Source: an uncultured Acidimicrobiaceae bacterium (GTDB lineage: Bacteria; Actinomycetota; Acidimicrobiia; Spongiisociales; ZC4RG35). Taken from it: 64,000 nucleotides of DNA. Location: assembly GCA_964571765.1 (NCBI GenBank), contig CAZNDH010000007.1:4370-68369 (forward strand), in the 5' to 3' direction. The position numbers were made by a program, and so were the translations under genes. The number at the start of each line of letters is the position of its first letter. The stretch's first letter is position 1. This document shows, one piece after another, positions 37,551 to 46,599 of this stretch. Under the pieces are notes generated by a model. The model was not told where the DNA came from. It worked only from the letters and a program-made list of their open reading frames with translations, and ran no database searches.

Positions 37551-38543
37551 TTGTGTATGGATGCATCACGCATAGCCAAAGAAGCCTCGCGCCTTCTTCC
37601 ACTGGCCCACAAGGTGCTCAGGCGGTACCCCTTCCTGGTCAGGGAGGTCGACCACCTGACCACCCATTCCAACGTGATGTTCCGCGTGATCAGCGAGAGG
37701 GGAGACCAGCTCGTCCTGCGGGTGGGAAGCCCCAGCGGCAACACCCGGGCCAACCTCGGCTACGAGGTGGCCTGGCTCGACGCCCTCAATCGTGACACCG
37801 ACCTGGATCTGGTCCGTCCGATCAGTACCGCAGGCGGGTCACTGATCGTCGACGAGTACGACCCCGACCTGGGCAAGGAGCGAGCCTGCGTCCTCTTCTC
37901 CTGGGTCCCCGGCGCCCCATTGGGCGGTGGTGCGGGGACGGTGGGATACCGCCTCCTGGGGAGGATGTCGGCGGCTCTGCAGGAACACGGCCGCACCTGG
38001 CGGCCGGAGAATCCCGAGGGTCTGCGACGATGGGACCGGGTCTTCTACTACGGGGCGGAGTTCGATCCGGTGGTGATCGGCGATCCGCTCTACGCCCACA
38101 TGTTCGACGTCAAGACCAGGTCGGCGATCTCCAAGGCAGGGGCTCTTGCCGAGCAGGTGATCGCCGACTCGTGGGCCAAGGGTGAGCCGCAGGTGGTTCA
38201 TGGGGACCTGCACGAGTGGAACGTCCACCTGGTGGGCAGTCGCATCCATGCCTTCGACTTCGAGGACGTCATGTTCGCCCTTCCCTCCCAGGATGTCGCC
38301 ATCAGCCTCTATCACTCGAGGAGCCAGGGAAACCGCGACGAGATCCGGGGTGCGTTCCGACGTGGCTTCGAGAGCGTGGCCACCTGGCCGGTGGTCGACG
38401 ATTCCCAGCTCGATGGTTTCCACGCTGCCCGCCAGATCATGCTGATGAACTACGCGGCTCGCACCCTCCCGGTCAAGGAGGCCAGCGACTTCATCGACAA
38501 GGTGATGCCCTGGCTCGGCTGGTACATCGGCCGATATGGCTGA
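37551..38543 (+). CDS. phosphotransferase (APH / choline-kinase-like) family protein
   Basis: Catalytic loop VVHGDLHEWNV and FDFED motif. TTG 37551 or ATG 37557 start. Confidence 0.8.
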   Translation: MCMDASRIAKEASRLLPLAHKVLRRYPFLVREVDHLTTHSNVMFRVISERGDQLVLRVGSPSGNTRANLGYEVAWLDALNRDTDLDLVRPISTAGGSLIVDEYDPDLGKERACVLFSWVPGAPLGGGAGTVGYRLLGRMSAALQEHGRTWRPENPEGLRRWDRVFYYGAEFDPVVIGDPLYAHMFDVKTRSAISKAGALAEQVIADSWAKGEPQVVHGDLHEWNVHLVGSRIHAFDFEDVMFALPSQDVAISLYHSRSQGNRDEIRGAFRRGFESVATWPVVDDSQLDGFHAARQIMLMNYAARTLPVKEASDFIDKVMPWLGWYIGRYG

Positions 38544-39183
38544 GGCCCGATTCCTCGACCGCCGTCAGGCCGGGCGGGAGCTCGGCGCCCTGATCTCCAC
38601 GCTGAGCCCGATCGACCCCCTGGTTCTTGCCCTCCCCCGGGGCGGAGTCCCGGTGGGATTCGAGGTGGCCGAGGCGCTCTCCTGTGACCTCGATGTTCTC
38701 CTGGTTCGCAAGTTGGGCGTCCCCGGGCAGCCCGAACTGGCCATGGGTGCAGTTGCCGAGGGCGGAGTGGTGATCACCAATCCAGGGATCGTCGAGCTCG
38801 CCGGTGTTGACGAGACCAGCTTCGACCGGGTGCTCCGAGCCGAGGTGGAGACCCTAGAGAGGCGAGCCGAGGCGTATCGGGCAGAGCACCCGGCGATCGA
38901 CCCTGAGGGTCACACAGCCCTTGTCGTCGACGACGGCCTCGCCACCGGAGCGACCGCCCTGGCGGCTATAGAGGCACTCCGGCAGAGGGGCTCCCGTGAG
39001 GTCTGGCTGTGTGTCCCGGTGGGGCCGATCGACACCCTGGATGCGATGAGGAGCGTGGCCGACAGTGTGGTCTCGGTCCATCGACCGCGGCACTTCGGAG
39101 CGGTGGGCGCCTGGTACCGCGACTTCGGTCAGACCGGCGACTCCGAGGTCCGGGCCCTGCTGTCCCGAGCCCGGCTACGGTGA
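38536..39183 (+). CDS. phosphoribosyltransferase family protein
   Basis: PRPP-binding motif LVVDDGLATGATALAAIEAL. ATG overlaps the upstream gene by 8 nt. Confidence 0.82.
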   Translation: MAEARFLDRRQAGRELGALISTLSPIDPLVLALPRGGVPVGFEVAEALSCDLDVLLVRKLGVPGQPELAMGAVAEGGVVITNPGIVELAGVDETSFDRVLRAEVETLERRAEAYRAEHPAIDPEGHTALVVDDGLATGATALAAIEALRQRGSREVWLCVPVGPIDTLDAMRSVADSVVSVHRPRHFGAVGAWYRDFGQTGDSEVRALLSRARLR

Positions 39184-39212
39184 CCTCGACATCGGGAAAG
39201 GATGTTCTTGCG

Positions 39213-39620
39213 ATGCCCGGCCTGGAGTTGTTCTGCACCATCGAAGGAGATCTGGAGAGGACGGTGGTCGGTCAGGGCCCGGCGGGGATGAGGATCGACT
39301 TTCCCTTCAGCGGGACGGCGACCAGCCCCCACTGGGACGGCGAGCGACCGGTGAAGGGTGTGGACTACTCGATGGTGCGCACCGACGGCAACATGGACCT
39401 CGACATCAGGGCGGTGATCGGCGAGAAGAGGGAGTCGGTCGCCTATCGCGCCATCGGTGTCTCCACGGTCAACCCCGACAAGTCGGCAGACATCAACGAG
39501 TTGCTCACCTTCCACACCGGCAACGAGGACCTGGCCTGGCTCAACGACCGGATCGGGGTCGCCATCGGCCACGGAGAGGCCGGCAAGATCCACATCGAGG
39601 TCTACCTGGTCCAGAGGTAA
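39213..39620 (+). CDS. DUF3237-family protein
   Basis: 135 aa, trimmed to ATG 39213 with GGGAAAGGA upstream. The beta-rich pattern VGQGPAGMRIDFPFSG..VKGVDYSMVRTDGNMDLDIRAVI fits the family. Confidence 0.62.
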   Translation: MPGLELFCTIEGDLERTVVGQGPAGMRIDFPFSGTATSPHWDGERPVKGVDYSMVRTDGNMDLDIRAVIGEKRESVAYRAIGVSTVNPDKSADINELLTFHTGNEDLAWLNDRIGVAIGHGEAGKIHIEVYLVQR

Positions 39621-39668
39621 AGACTCACCTCACTCGCTTGGAGAGTCGGGGGCCGGTGTCTCCGAGAG

Positions 39669-40460
39669 TCACTCATCCTGTGGGTGAGTGCGCCTGAAGT
39701 CGGGCTTTCGCTTCTCGAGGAAGGCGTGGACCCCTTCGAGGTGCTGGGGGGTCTTCCCCAGCCGGCCTTGCTCCTCTTGCTCAGCGCGTAACGCTTCTCG
39801 GAACGAAGAGGCTGCCGCCTCCCGGATCAGCCGACGTGTGGTGACCAGGGAGTCGGGCACCAGGTCGGCCAGCCCGGCGGCGAGAGCGACTGTCCGCTGG
39901 ACCAAATCCTCGTCATCACAGACTTCCGTGCAAAGCCCCAGGTCGTGGACTTCCTCGGCGCCCAGTCTGCGATTTGTGAAGGTCAGCTCCAGGGCCCGAC
40001 TCATCCCGATCATGTGGGGGAGCCACCAGGTCGTTCCCGAGTCCGGGACCAGGCCGATCCCGGTGAAAGCCGATATCAGGCTTGCCGAGCGCGCCATCAC
40101 CCTCAGGTCACAGGCCAGCGCCATTCCCAAGCCCGCCCCGGCGGCAACCCCGTTGACGCCCGCCACCGTGGGCAGGGGGCACTCGACGAGGGCTTGGACG
40201 ATCGGGTGGAAGACCTCCTCCAGGTGGGAGTCGAGGTCGGGGCCGTCACGTCGATATTCCTCGATCAGGGCAGCGAGATCGGCTCCGGAGCAGAAGGCCT
40301 TGCCGGCACCGGTGATGACAACCGCCCTGGCCTCGGTGGCAGCCCTCCTCAATGAATCGACGACACCGGTGGACAGGGTGACCTCGATGGCATTGAACCG
40401 ATCGGGCCGGGCCAGGGTGACCACGGCGACATCGCCGTCGAGCCGGTAATCGACACTCAT
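39669..40460 (-). CDS. enoyl-CoA hydratase/isomerase (crotonase) family protein
   Basis: 263 aa. VVITGAGKAFCSGADL oxyanion-hole motif. Confidence 0.9.
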   Translation of the reverse strand: MSVDYRLDGDVAVVTLARPDRFNAIEVTLSTGVVDSLRRAATEARAVVITGAGKAFCSGADLAALIEEYRRDGPDLDSHLEEVFHPIVQALVECPLPTVAGVNGVAAGAGLGMALACDLRVMARSASLISAFTGIGLVPDSGTTWWLPHMIGMSRALELTFTNRRLGAEEVHDLGLCTEVCDDEDLVQRTVALAAGLADLVPDSLVTTRRLIREAAASSFREALRAEQEEQGRLGKTPQHLEGVHAFLEKRKPDFRRTHPQDE

Positions 40461-40576
40461 CTGCTCGCGAATCGTAAATCACGCAAAGAACGGGTGAATT
40501 CACAATGCTGCCCTATCGTTAGCGGACACTGTCGCACCACACAGCGGCGAAGACTCACCGACCCAAAGGAGGGGCC

Positions 40577-40870
40577 GTGAACAAGACCGAGATGGCGGAA
40601 AAGCTCGCCAGGAAGGCGGACATCTCGAAGGCACAAGCCGCCGAGATCATCGAGCACATCTTCTCGACCAAGGACGGCGAGGGAATCATCGCCGTCGAGC
40701 TCGACGCCGGCCGCAAGGTGAACATCACCGGCTTCGGGAGCTTCAGCACCAAGTCGCGCGCCGCCCGTCAGGGACGCAACCCGGCGACAGGAGCCACCAT
40801 CATGATTCCGGCCAAGAAGTACGCCCACTTCTCCGCGGCCAAGGGTCTCAAGGATCGGGTCGCCGAGTAG
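40577..40870 (+). CDS. hup: HU-family nucleoid-associated DNA-binding protein
   Basis: 97 aa. GFGSFSTKSRAARQGRNPATGATIMIPAKKYAHF arm motif. GTG start with AAAGGAGGGG upstream. Confidence 0.93.
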   Translation: MNKTEMAEKLARKADISKAQAAEIIEHIFSTKDGEGIIAVELDAGRKVNITGFGSFSTKSRAARQGRNPATGATIMIPAKKYAHFSAAKGLKDRVAE

Positions 40871-40888
40871 CAGCCGGATCACGGAGTC

Positions 40889-40925
40889 AAGAGGAGAGGG
40901 GCCCTGGATGGGCCCCTCTCCTCTT
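40889..40925 (+). terminator. intrinsic terminator-like hairpin after the HU gene
   Basis: Perfect 16-bp stem AAGAGGAGAGGGGCCC / GGGCCCCTCTCCTCTT with 5-nt loop, 19 nt after the stop. Confidence 0.75.
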
Positions 40926-40949
40926 GGTTCGATACTTTCGATCGCTGGG

Positions 40950-40955
40950 TAGCTT
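40950..40955 (+). promoter_or_regulatory. -10 box for the glycerophosphodiesterase gene
   Basis: TAGCTT, 9 nt before ATG 40965. Confidence 0.4.
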
Positions 40956-40964
40956 GGGTGCCGG

Positions 40965-41753
40965 ATGAGCCTCGAACAGTGGTCGACGCCGGTGGCCATC
41001 GCCCACCGGGGAAGCCGCCTCCTCTGGCCGGAGAACACCATGGAGGCCTTCTCCGGAGCGGTGTCGTTGGGCTACACCCACATCGAGGTCGATCTGCGGA
41101 TGACCGCCGACGGTGTCGTGGTATGCCTTCACGACGCCACCGTCGATCGCACCACCGACGGGTCAGGCCCGGTGGAAGCGATGACCTATGAGGAGCTGTC
41201 CCGGCTCGACGCCGGATTCCGCCACCGGGTTCCGGGCGGATTTCCACACCGGGGTAGGGGCATCGCGGTTCCCACCCTCGAGGAGTTGGTGACCGCCTTC
41301 CCCGGCCTCCGCATGGTGTTCGACCTCAAGGTGGACGGCATGGCGCGGAGTCTGACCCGAATCATCGAGGCGCACTCTCTGCACGAGCGGGTCATGGTCG
41401 GCTCGTTCAGCGACCGCAGGTTGGCCGAGGTGCGGGCCGTGGCCGGCAGCCGGGTGATGACCTCCACCGGGACAGGGGCCACCCGGAGGTGGCTCCTGTC
41501 GTCGCGTCTCGGCCGGAAGGTGGCCGGTGAGGAGAGGGCCCTCCAGGTGCCGCTGCAGTCCCGGGGGGTGAGGGTGGTCGATCGACGTTTGGTGGACCTT
41601 GCCCACGACTCCGGCCTGCAGGTCCACGTCTGGACGGTGAACCACCGGGGGCACATGCACGATCTCCTCGACCTCGGCGTCGACGGCCTGGTCACCGACA
41701 GAGCCGATATCCTCAAGGAAGTCCTCGAGGAGCGTGGGGAGTGGCCGGAATGA
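40965..41753 (+). CDS. glycerophosphodiester phosphodiesterase
   Basis: 262 aa. IAHRGSRLLWPENTMEAF and IEVDLRMTADG motifs of the GDPD family. Confidence 0.85.
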   Translation: MSLEQWSTPVAIAHRGSRLLWPENTMEAFSGAVSLGYTHIEVDLRMTADGVVVCLHDATVDRTTDGSGPVEAMTYEELSRLDAGFRHRVPGGFPHRGRGIAVPTLEELVTAFPGLRMVFDLKVDGMARSLTRIIEAHSLHERVMVGSFSDRRLAEVRAVAGSRVMTSTGTGATRRWLLSSRLGRKVAGEERALQVPLQSRGVRVVDRRLVDLAHDSGLQVHVWTVNHRGHMHDLLDLGVDGLVTDRADILKEVLEERGEWPE

Positions 41754-42256
41754 GGGCGTTGCTGGCCCTGGTGGTGCTGGCGGTGAACCTCGGCGGCTCC
41801 TTCGGGGAGGCAACCGGGGCCACGGTGACCCTGGGGCCCCAGACCATGCTGGTCGACCTGGAGGTGGAGGTCCTGGTCGCGGCACAGTCGGTGGCGGCCC
41901 ACCTCTCTCTTGAGGGTGAGGAGATGGTCGTGCCTCTGTTGCACCGGGGCGAGGGTGTCTACGGGATCCGCACCGAGCTGCCCCGTAAGGACTACGTGGT
42001 GGTCTTCGAGGTGTTGGCGGAGCGTTCGGTCCTCTCATCGCCGACCACCCTGAGCTCCCTCGGGGTCCAGCTGACGGTGGTGTCTGACACCACCGTGCCC
42101 GCCGACGAGGATGACGACGGCTTCAGTCGGGGCACTCGTAGTTGGGGGTGGCTGGCGCTGGCTCTGGGCGCAGCGTCACTCTCCACCCTGGCTCTCTGGG
42201 CCCTTGGCGGACGGAGAGAGTCTCCGGAGAGGCCGTCTGCCTTGGAGGAGGAGTGA
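41750..42256 (+). CDS. hypothetical exported protein with C-terminal TM anchor
   Basis: ATG 41750 overlaps the upstream stop (ATGA). Signal-like MRALLALVVLAVNLGG and C-terminal WGWLALALGAASLSTLALWAL. Confidence 0.5.
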   Translation: MRALLALVVLAVNLGGSFGEATGATVTLGPQTMLVDLEVEVLVAAQSVAAHLSLEGEEMVVPLLHRGEGVYGIRTELPRKDYVVVFEVLAERSVLSSPTTLSSLGVQLTVVSDTTVPADEDDDGFSRGTRSWGWLALALGAASLSTLALWALGGRRESPERPSALEEE

Positions 42257-42768
42257 GCCCACCCAGGGTGAGGAGGGCGACTGCTCCCGACGCGGCCCGA
42301 CTGGCCGAGGTCCACATCAACAGCTGGCGACAAGCGTATGGACACATCTTCTCCGAGGAGTTTCTCTCCGGCCTCGACCTCACTCGCAGGACGGAGGCGT
42401 TCCGGGCGCGAATAGAAGAGGGAGCCGCCATCCTGGTGTCCGAGGACGGGGACGGAGCGATCGTCGGCTTCTGTCATGTGGGTCCTGCACGTGCGGAGGA
42501 GGGGTGGGGCGAGCTCTATGCCATCTACGTCGACCCGCATGGTTGGGGCCAGGGTCATGGTCAGGCACTCATCGAAGAGGGTGAGAAGACCCTCTCCGGG
42601 ATGGGCTTCGATCATGCCCTGCTCTGGGTGCTCGAAGACAACCCGAGGGCACGCGCCTTCTATCAGCGACAAAGGTGGACACTCGGGGAACGGTCGGTCG
42701 TCGAGGAAATCGGCGGTGTGACCGTCACCGAAGTCATCTACCAGAAAGAACCTCTCACAGGGGCATGA
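42253..42768 (+). CDS. GNAT-family N-acetyltransferase
   Basis: GTG 42253 overlaps the upstream stop (GTGA). Acetyl-CoA motif YVDPHGWGQGHGQALI. Confidence 0.8.
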   Translation: MSPPRVRRATAPDAARLAEVHINSWRQAYGHIFSEEFLSGLDLTRRTEAFRARIEEGAAILVSEDGDGAIVGFCHVGPARAEEGWGELYAIYVDPHGWGQGHGQALIEEGEKTLSGMGFDHALLWVLEDNPRARAFYQRQRWTLGERSVVEEIGGVTVTEVIYQKEPLTGA

Positions 42769-43381
42769 CCCGGGCCAGGTCGGCCGGGTAGGTAACCTTG
42801 ATGTTGGTGGGGTCCCCATCGACTGCGGCCACCTCGAGGTCGGTGAACCGCCGGACGACCTCGGCTGTGTCGTCTCCGGTGAAGCCGGCGACGTCGGCCG
42901 CCGCCAAGGCTTTTCGTAGTTGGGGAGACCGGAAGACCTGAGGTGTCTGTGCCGCCAGCACGCCAGTGACCGGGCGGAGCGACTTTCGGTCGAGGAGGAG
43001 AGGCGCGGCGGGTAGCACCGGGATCGCTCCACCCACTTCCTCTGCGGTGGAGAAGAGCTCCTCGATGAGCGGCGGGCTGAGGTTGGGGCGAGCACCGTCG
43101 TGGATCCCTATCAGGGCTGGGTCGTCGACCAGGGCAGAGATGCCGGCGATCTCACTGGTTGTCCGAGTCGGCCCTCCAACGGCCAGGGTCACCCCCAGAG
43201 CCAGGTCCTCGATCGGCCCGACCTGTTCGGCCCGGCAGACGAGCACACACTGATCGACATGCGGAAGCACCCGGGAGACGGTCACAGCCACCAGTGGCAG
43301 CCCGTCGACCGGGGTGAGCATCTTGTCGGACTCGAATCGCGATCCGCTGCCGGCGGCGACGACGATCATGGCCCGAAGCAC
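42755..43381 (-). CDS. ispD: 2-C-methyl-D-erythritol 4-phosphate cytidylyltransferase
   Basis: AAGSGSRF P-loop, QTPQVF, IKVTYPADL. Start GTG 43381 chosen from -10 geometry (ATG 43369 is the alternative). The track start 43534 is an antisense extension. Confidence 0.85.
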   Translation of the reverse strand: MLRAMIVVAAGSGSRFESDKMLTPVDGLPLVAVTVSRVLPHVDQCVLVCRAEQVGPIEDLALGVTLAVGGPTRTTSEIAGISALVDDPALIGIHDGARPNLSPPLIEELFSTAEEVGGAIPVLPAAPLLLDRKSLRPVTGVLAAQTPQVFRSPQLRKALAAADVAGFTGDDTAEVVRRFTDLEVAAVDGDPTNIKVTYPADLARVMPL

Positions 43382-43388
43382 CTGGTCG

Positions 43389-43394
43389 AGGCTA
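43389..43394 (-). promoter_or_regulatory. -10 box, leaderless ispD
   Basis: TAGCCT (minus strand), 7 nt before GTG 43381. Confidence 0.5.
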
Positions 43395-43398
43395 CCTT
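43393..43398 (+). promoter_or_regulatory. -10 box, leaderless orf43405 (IspD-like half)
   Basis: TACCTT, 6 nt before ATG 43405. Shares its TA with the divergent ispD box. Confidence 0.5.
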
Positions 43399-43404
43399 TG
43401 TCCG

Positions 43405-43740
43405 ATGGACAAGGCGTCTCGGCTCCTCTCCGGGTTGGAGCCCTCCCGCCAGCGGGTCTTTGTCGATGCGTCCGGAGAGGTTCAACCCGAGCCGGCGGGG
43501 GTCCCCCCTGGGGTGGCCGTGGTGGTGGCGGCAACGGTGACAGACGCCCTCAAGGAGGTCTCCGGCGGGCGCATCGGCTCCCCGGTTGATCGCCAGGGTG
43601 TGCTTCGAGCCTCCGGCTTCGCCCTGGGTCGCCCGGTGCTCGAGGCTCTCGGTGTCCGCCCGGTGGACCTCACCACCCTCTACGAGGACGTCGAGTCCCT
43701 CGGATACTCCTGGGTGGTCTGGGTGGACACCGCGACTTGA
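43405..43740 (+). CDS. hypothetical protein resembling only the C-terminal half of IspD-type cytidylyltransferases
   Basis: 111 aa. VAATVTDALKEVSGGRIGSPVDRQGVLRASGF resembles the PV.DT.K...TVDR..L..TPQ.F segment. No N-terminal nucleotide-binding loop. TACCTT lies 6 nt upstream of the ATG. Confidence 0.55.
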   Translation: MDKASRLLSGLEPSRQRVFVDASGEVQPEPAGVPPGVAVVVAATVTDALKEVSGGRIGSPVDRQGVLRASGFALGRPVLEALGVRPVDLTTLYEDVESLGYSWVVWVDTAT

Positions 43741-43811
43741 CCGGGGGAGATCACCGCCTCCACAAGATGGGGCCTGAGAACGAGGGTCTTGTCGGGGTGT
43801 CCCCAGGCCCA

Positions 43812-43817
43812 TAGGTT
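43812..43817 (+). promoter_or_regulatory. -10 box before the CpaE/Ssd-like gene
   Basis: TAGGTT, 7 nt before GTG 43825. Confidence 0.45.
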
Positions 43818-43824
43818 CGGAGAT

Positions 43825-44376
43825 GTGACGGGGAGGGAGAGGCCTCGTGTTCTCGCGGTTCGATGTGTCGACCCGGTGTTGGGGGTCTTGGGCTCGATCG
43901 GCCTGGCCGCCTCGCTGGGCACCACCCTCCTGGTCGATCTCACCGACCAGATGGGTTCGCCGAAGGCGAGGACCTTGGCGGACATCGCCGCCGAAGGTCC
44001 CCGACTCGCCGAGGTGAGGCCCGGAAGGCGCGGGGTGGCGGTGATCCGCTCGGGACTACTCCCACAGGCAGAGGTGGACCTGGTGGTCGACATGATGGCC
44101 TTGCGCTGGCATGGGGTGGTCGTCCTCCTCGGGTCCGGTGAGTGGGCGGGAGCGGTCGTCCCGCTCCGACCGCTGTTCCCTGGCTGGCTGGCACCCACTA
44201 CCACCGAGACGTCGGTGTGGCAGAGGGTGCCGGGGGGCTCCTCTCCTCCCGGGCCTGGCCCGATCCTGCCATTGCTGCGCTCTGGTGCGGTCAGGAGGAT
44301 GCTCGCCGGGGGCATGCCCGCGACTGGGCGATGGCTCCGAGGGTGGAGGACGGTATGGGAGATGCCATGGGGGTGA
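43825..44376 (+). CDS. CpaE/Ssd-like (MinD/ParA-fold) protein with degenerate Walker A, Tad-locus associated
   Basis: RVLAVRCVDPVLGVLGSIGLAASLGTTLLVDLTD aligns to the ParA-type IAV..KGGVGKTT....LA.....LLVDLD, but KGGxGK is absent. Sits immediately upstream of tadA. GTG 43825 start. Confidence 0.55.
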   Translation: MTGRERPRVLAVRCVDPVLGVLGSIGLAASLGTTLLVDLTDQMGSPKARTLADIAAEGPRLAEVRPGRRGVAVIRSGLLPQAEVDLVVDMMALRWHGVVVLLGSGEWAGAVVPLRPLFPGWLAPTTTETSVWQRVPGGSSPPGPGPILPLLRSGAVRRMLAGGMPATGRWLRGWRTVWEMPWG

Positions 44377-45407
44377 TCGACCGGGTGGTAAAGGCGGTCG
44401 CCATCTCCGAGGCACCCTTCGATCGGAGGGCGATCAGCGCTGAGGCCGCCCGGTTGCTGGGCGTGGAGTCACCGTGGCGGGTCGAGGAGGCGCTCCCCCT
44501 GGTGGTGAGTGGGGTGCTCGGCCTGGGGCCGATCCAGGACCTCGTCGACGACCCCGGGGTGACCGACATCCTGGTGAACGGTCCCGATCAGGTGTGGGTG
44601 GACCGGGGCAGCGGCCTGGAGCCGAGCGGTGTGGAGTTCGGATCGGCCGGTGAGATCGTCAACGTGGTGGAGCGGGTCATCGCCCCACTCGGTCTCCGTA
44701 TCGACCGGTCCCGCCCCATGGTCGACGCCAGGCTCCCCGACGGGAGCCGGCTCCATGCCGTCCTGCCGCCGGCGGCGGTGGACTCACCCTTGGTGGCGAT
44801 CAGGAGGTTCACCCAGAGGGTGACCTCTCTCGCCGGCCTGGTGGGGGCCGGAACTGCCCACGCCGACCAGGTCGACCAGCTGGTCGAGGCGGTCACCTCC
44901 CGGGCGACCATCGTGGTTTCCGGAGGGACCGGCGCCGGGAAGACCACCTTGCTCAATCTCCTCGCCGGCTCGATCCCAAGCGAAGAGCGCGTGGTCACCA
45001 TCGAGGATGCAGCCGAGCTCGCCCTGCCCGGTCATGTGGTCCGTCTCGAGGCACGTCCGCCCAACGCCGAGGGCGCAGGGGAGATAACCATCCGCGACCT
45101 GATCCGTTCCGCCCTTCGTCTGCGTCCCGATCGTCTCATCGTCGGTGAGGTTCGTGGCGCCGAGGCACTCGACTTGATCTCGGCTCTCAACACCGGTCAT
45201 CGGGGCTCGATGACGACGGTTCATGCCAACTCACCCGAGGAGGCACTGTGGAGGCTGCAGACCCTGGCCCTCAGCTCGGGCCTCGCTTCGGAAGCGGTGA
45301 TCTCGAGGCAGTTGTACGCCGCAGTCGACTGCGTGGTACAGATTGAACGAATCCGGGGCGGGCGTCGGATCAGCGCCATCTCCGATCGGGGCGATCTGGC
45401 TTGGTGA
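44355..45407 (+). CDS. tadA: Tad/Flp pilus assembly ATPase (CpaF/TadA family)
   Basis: Walker [14 protein letters not shown] and [12 protein letters not shown] box. ATG 44355 with GGAGGA 5 nt upstream (ATG 44367 is the alternative). Confidence 0.9.
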   Translation: MGDAMGVIDRVVKAVAISEAPFDRRAISAEAARLLGVESPWRVEEALPLVVSGVLGLGPIQDLVDDPGVTDILVNGPDQVWVDRGSGLEPSGVEFGSAGEIVNVVERVIAPLGLRIDRSRPMVDARLPDGSRLHAVLPPAAVDSPLVAIRRFTQRVTSLAGLVGAGTAHADQVDQLVEAVTSRATIVVSGGTGAGKTTLLNLLAGSIPSEERVVTIEDAAELALPGHVVRLEARPPNAEGAGEITIRDLIRSALRLRPDRLIVGEVRGAEALDLISALNTGHRGSMTTVHANSPEEALWRLQTLALSSGLASEAVISRQLYAAVDCVVQIERIRGGRRISAISDRGDLAW

Positions 45408-46039
45408 TGGACCTGGCGTTGCTGGCCCTGGCAGTTGGCCTCGGTGTCGAGCCGAGGCGTATGGCGGTTCTGGCCCTATCCCTCTACCTCCCACTTCTGA
45501 TGGCGGCGCTGCTCCTCCTGGTGGCATGGCTCAGACGCAAGGCAGCGGTCGACCGTGCCGCCGACTTCTGCGATGGGATCGCCTCCGACCTGCGAGCCGG
45601 GATGTCGCTTTCCCAATCGGTTGCATCGGCAGCCGTCGCCGTGGGGGCCGGCTCGTTGCTCGAGGGAGTGGCTCATGGTCATCGGCTGGACGCCCTCGTG
45701 GCGGCGGAGTTCCCTTCGGTAGGTCGGGAACTGGCGGCCACCCTGGCTGGTGCGGCCGGAAGCGGTGGGGCGGCTGCCGACCTATTCGACGAGCTCTCCT
45801 CGCTGGCCATAGCCCACGAGGAGATCCGCCGGGAGGTGCGCATGGCGGCGGCCCCGGCCCGGGCGGCGGCCACCCTGTTCGTGGTCACTCCACTGCTCTA
45901 CCTGGGCTGGCGCTGGACGAGTGGGGACCTGACGTTGCTCCTCGTCGAGAACCAGCAACGTATCGCGGGCGTCGTCGGTCTGGGCTTGCTTCTCACCGGT
46001 GTGCTCGGTGTTGCCCTGGTGATGTGGAGGGCGGCGTGA
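45407..46039 (+). CDS. tadB: type II secretion system F-family membrane protein (TadB-like)
   Basis: About 210 aa, single T2SS-F-like domain flanked by TM helices. Start overlaps the tadA stop (TGATG). Confidence 0.7.
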   Translation: MDLALLALAVGLGVEPRRMAVLALSLYLPLLMAALLLLVAWLRRKAAVDRAADFCDGIASDLRAGMSLSQSVASAAVAVGAGSLLEGVAHGHRLDALVAAEFPSVGRELAATLAGAAGSGGAAADLFDELSSLAIAHEEIRREVRMAAAPARAAATLFVVTPLLYLGWRWTSGDLTLLLVENQQRIAGVVGLGLLLTGVLGVALVMWRAA

Positions 46040-46539
46040 GCTTGCTCTTCTGGGGAGCCGTCGTCGCCACGGTGCTCCTCGGGCTACCCGGCGGGATCCA
46101 CCGGCCCGTCCGCTCCAGCTCATCTGTGCGTCTGGTGCTGCTCCTTCTTCTAGCCGAGCTGCGTTCCGGACAGTCGGTCCTCGGTGCTCTCCAGGGTGCG
46201 GCGCGGTCACTGCCCGATGACCGGGCCCTGCTCGTGATCACCAGGGTGTCCGCCGTTGCCGGGCTGTCGACCGCGGTGGGCTACGCCCCAACCGAGCTGC
46301 GGCCGCTGATCGCCCAGCTGGCTCGCGCCCAGAGATCGGGCGCTTCCTTGGGTGGGACGGTGCGCCGGCTCCTGGAGGAAGATCTTGCAGCCGAACGCTC
46401 GCGGCGCATCGCCCGGGCTAGGGCACTGCCTACTCGACTCATGATCCCGGTGACGCTGCTCATGCTCCCCGGCATCGTTCTCCTCCTTTACGCACCGTCC
46501 CTACTCGGTCTCTACCGGGATGTCGCCGGGGGTTGGTGA
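46036..46539 (+). CDS. tadC: type II secretion system F-family membrane protein (TadC-like)
   Basis: 167 aa. GTG 46036 overlaps the tadB stop (GTGA). C-terminal ALPTRLMIPVTLLMLPGIVLLLYAP helix. Confidence 0.7.
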   Translation: MSLLFWGAVVATVLLGLPGGIHRPVRSSSSVRLVLLLLLAELRSGQSVLGALQGAARSLPDDRALLVITRVSAVAGLSTAVGYAPTELRPLIAQLARAQRSGASLGGTVRRLLEEDLAAERSRRIARARALPTRLMIPVTLLMLPGIVLLLYAPSLLGLYRDVAGGW

Positions 46540-46599
46540 TTCTTGTCTTCGCACTTCTCCCCGCATCCGGTCGGTAACCGGGAGGAAGGAGTGTCGCTG

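Noticed and set aside
43381-43740. IspD-like half ORF as a recent inverted duplication of ispD
   Set aside because: The two products share only family-level motifs, and no extended nucleotide identity is visible. This is not a recent duplication or an assembly artefact.
43741-43824. 6C/B11-type small RNA next to the ssd-like gene (its location in mycobacteria)
   Set aside because: No pair of stem-loops with runs of six or more cytosines is present on either strand. Only a short GGGG-ACA-CCCC hairpin is visible.
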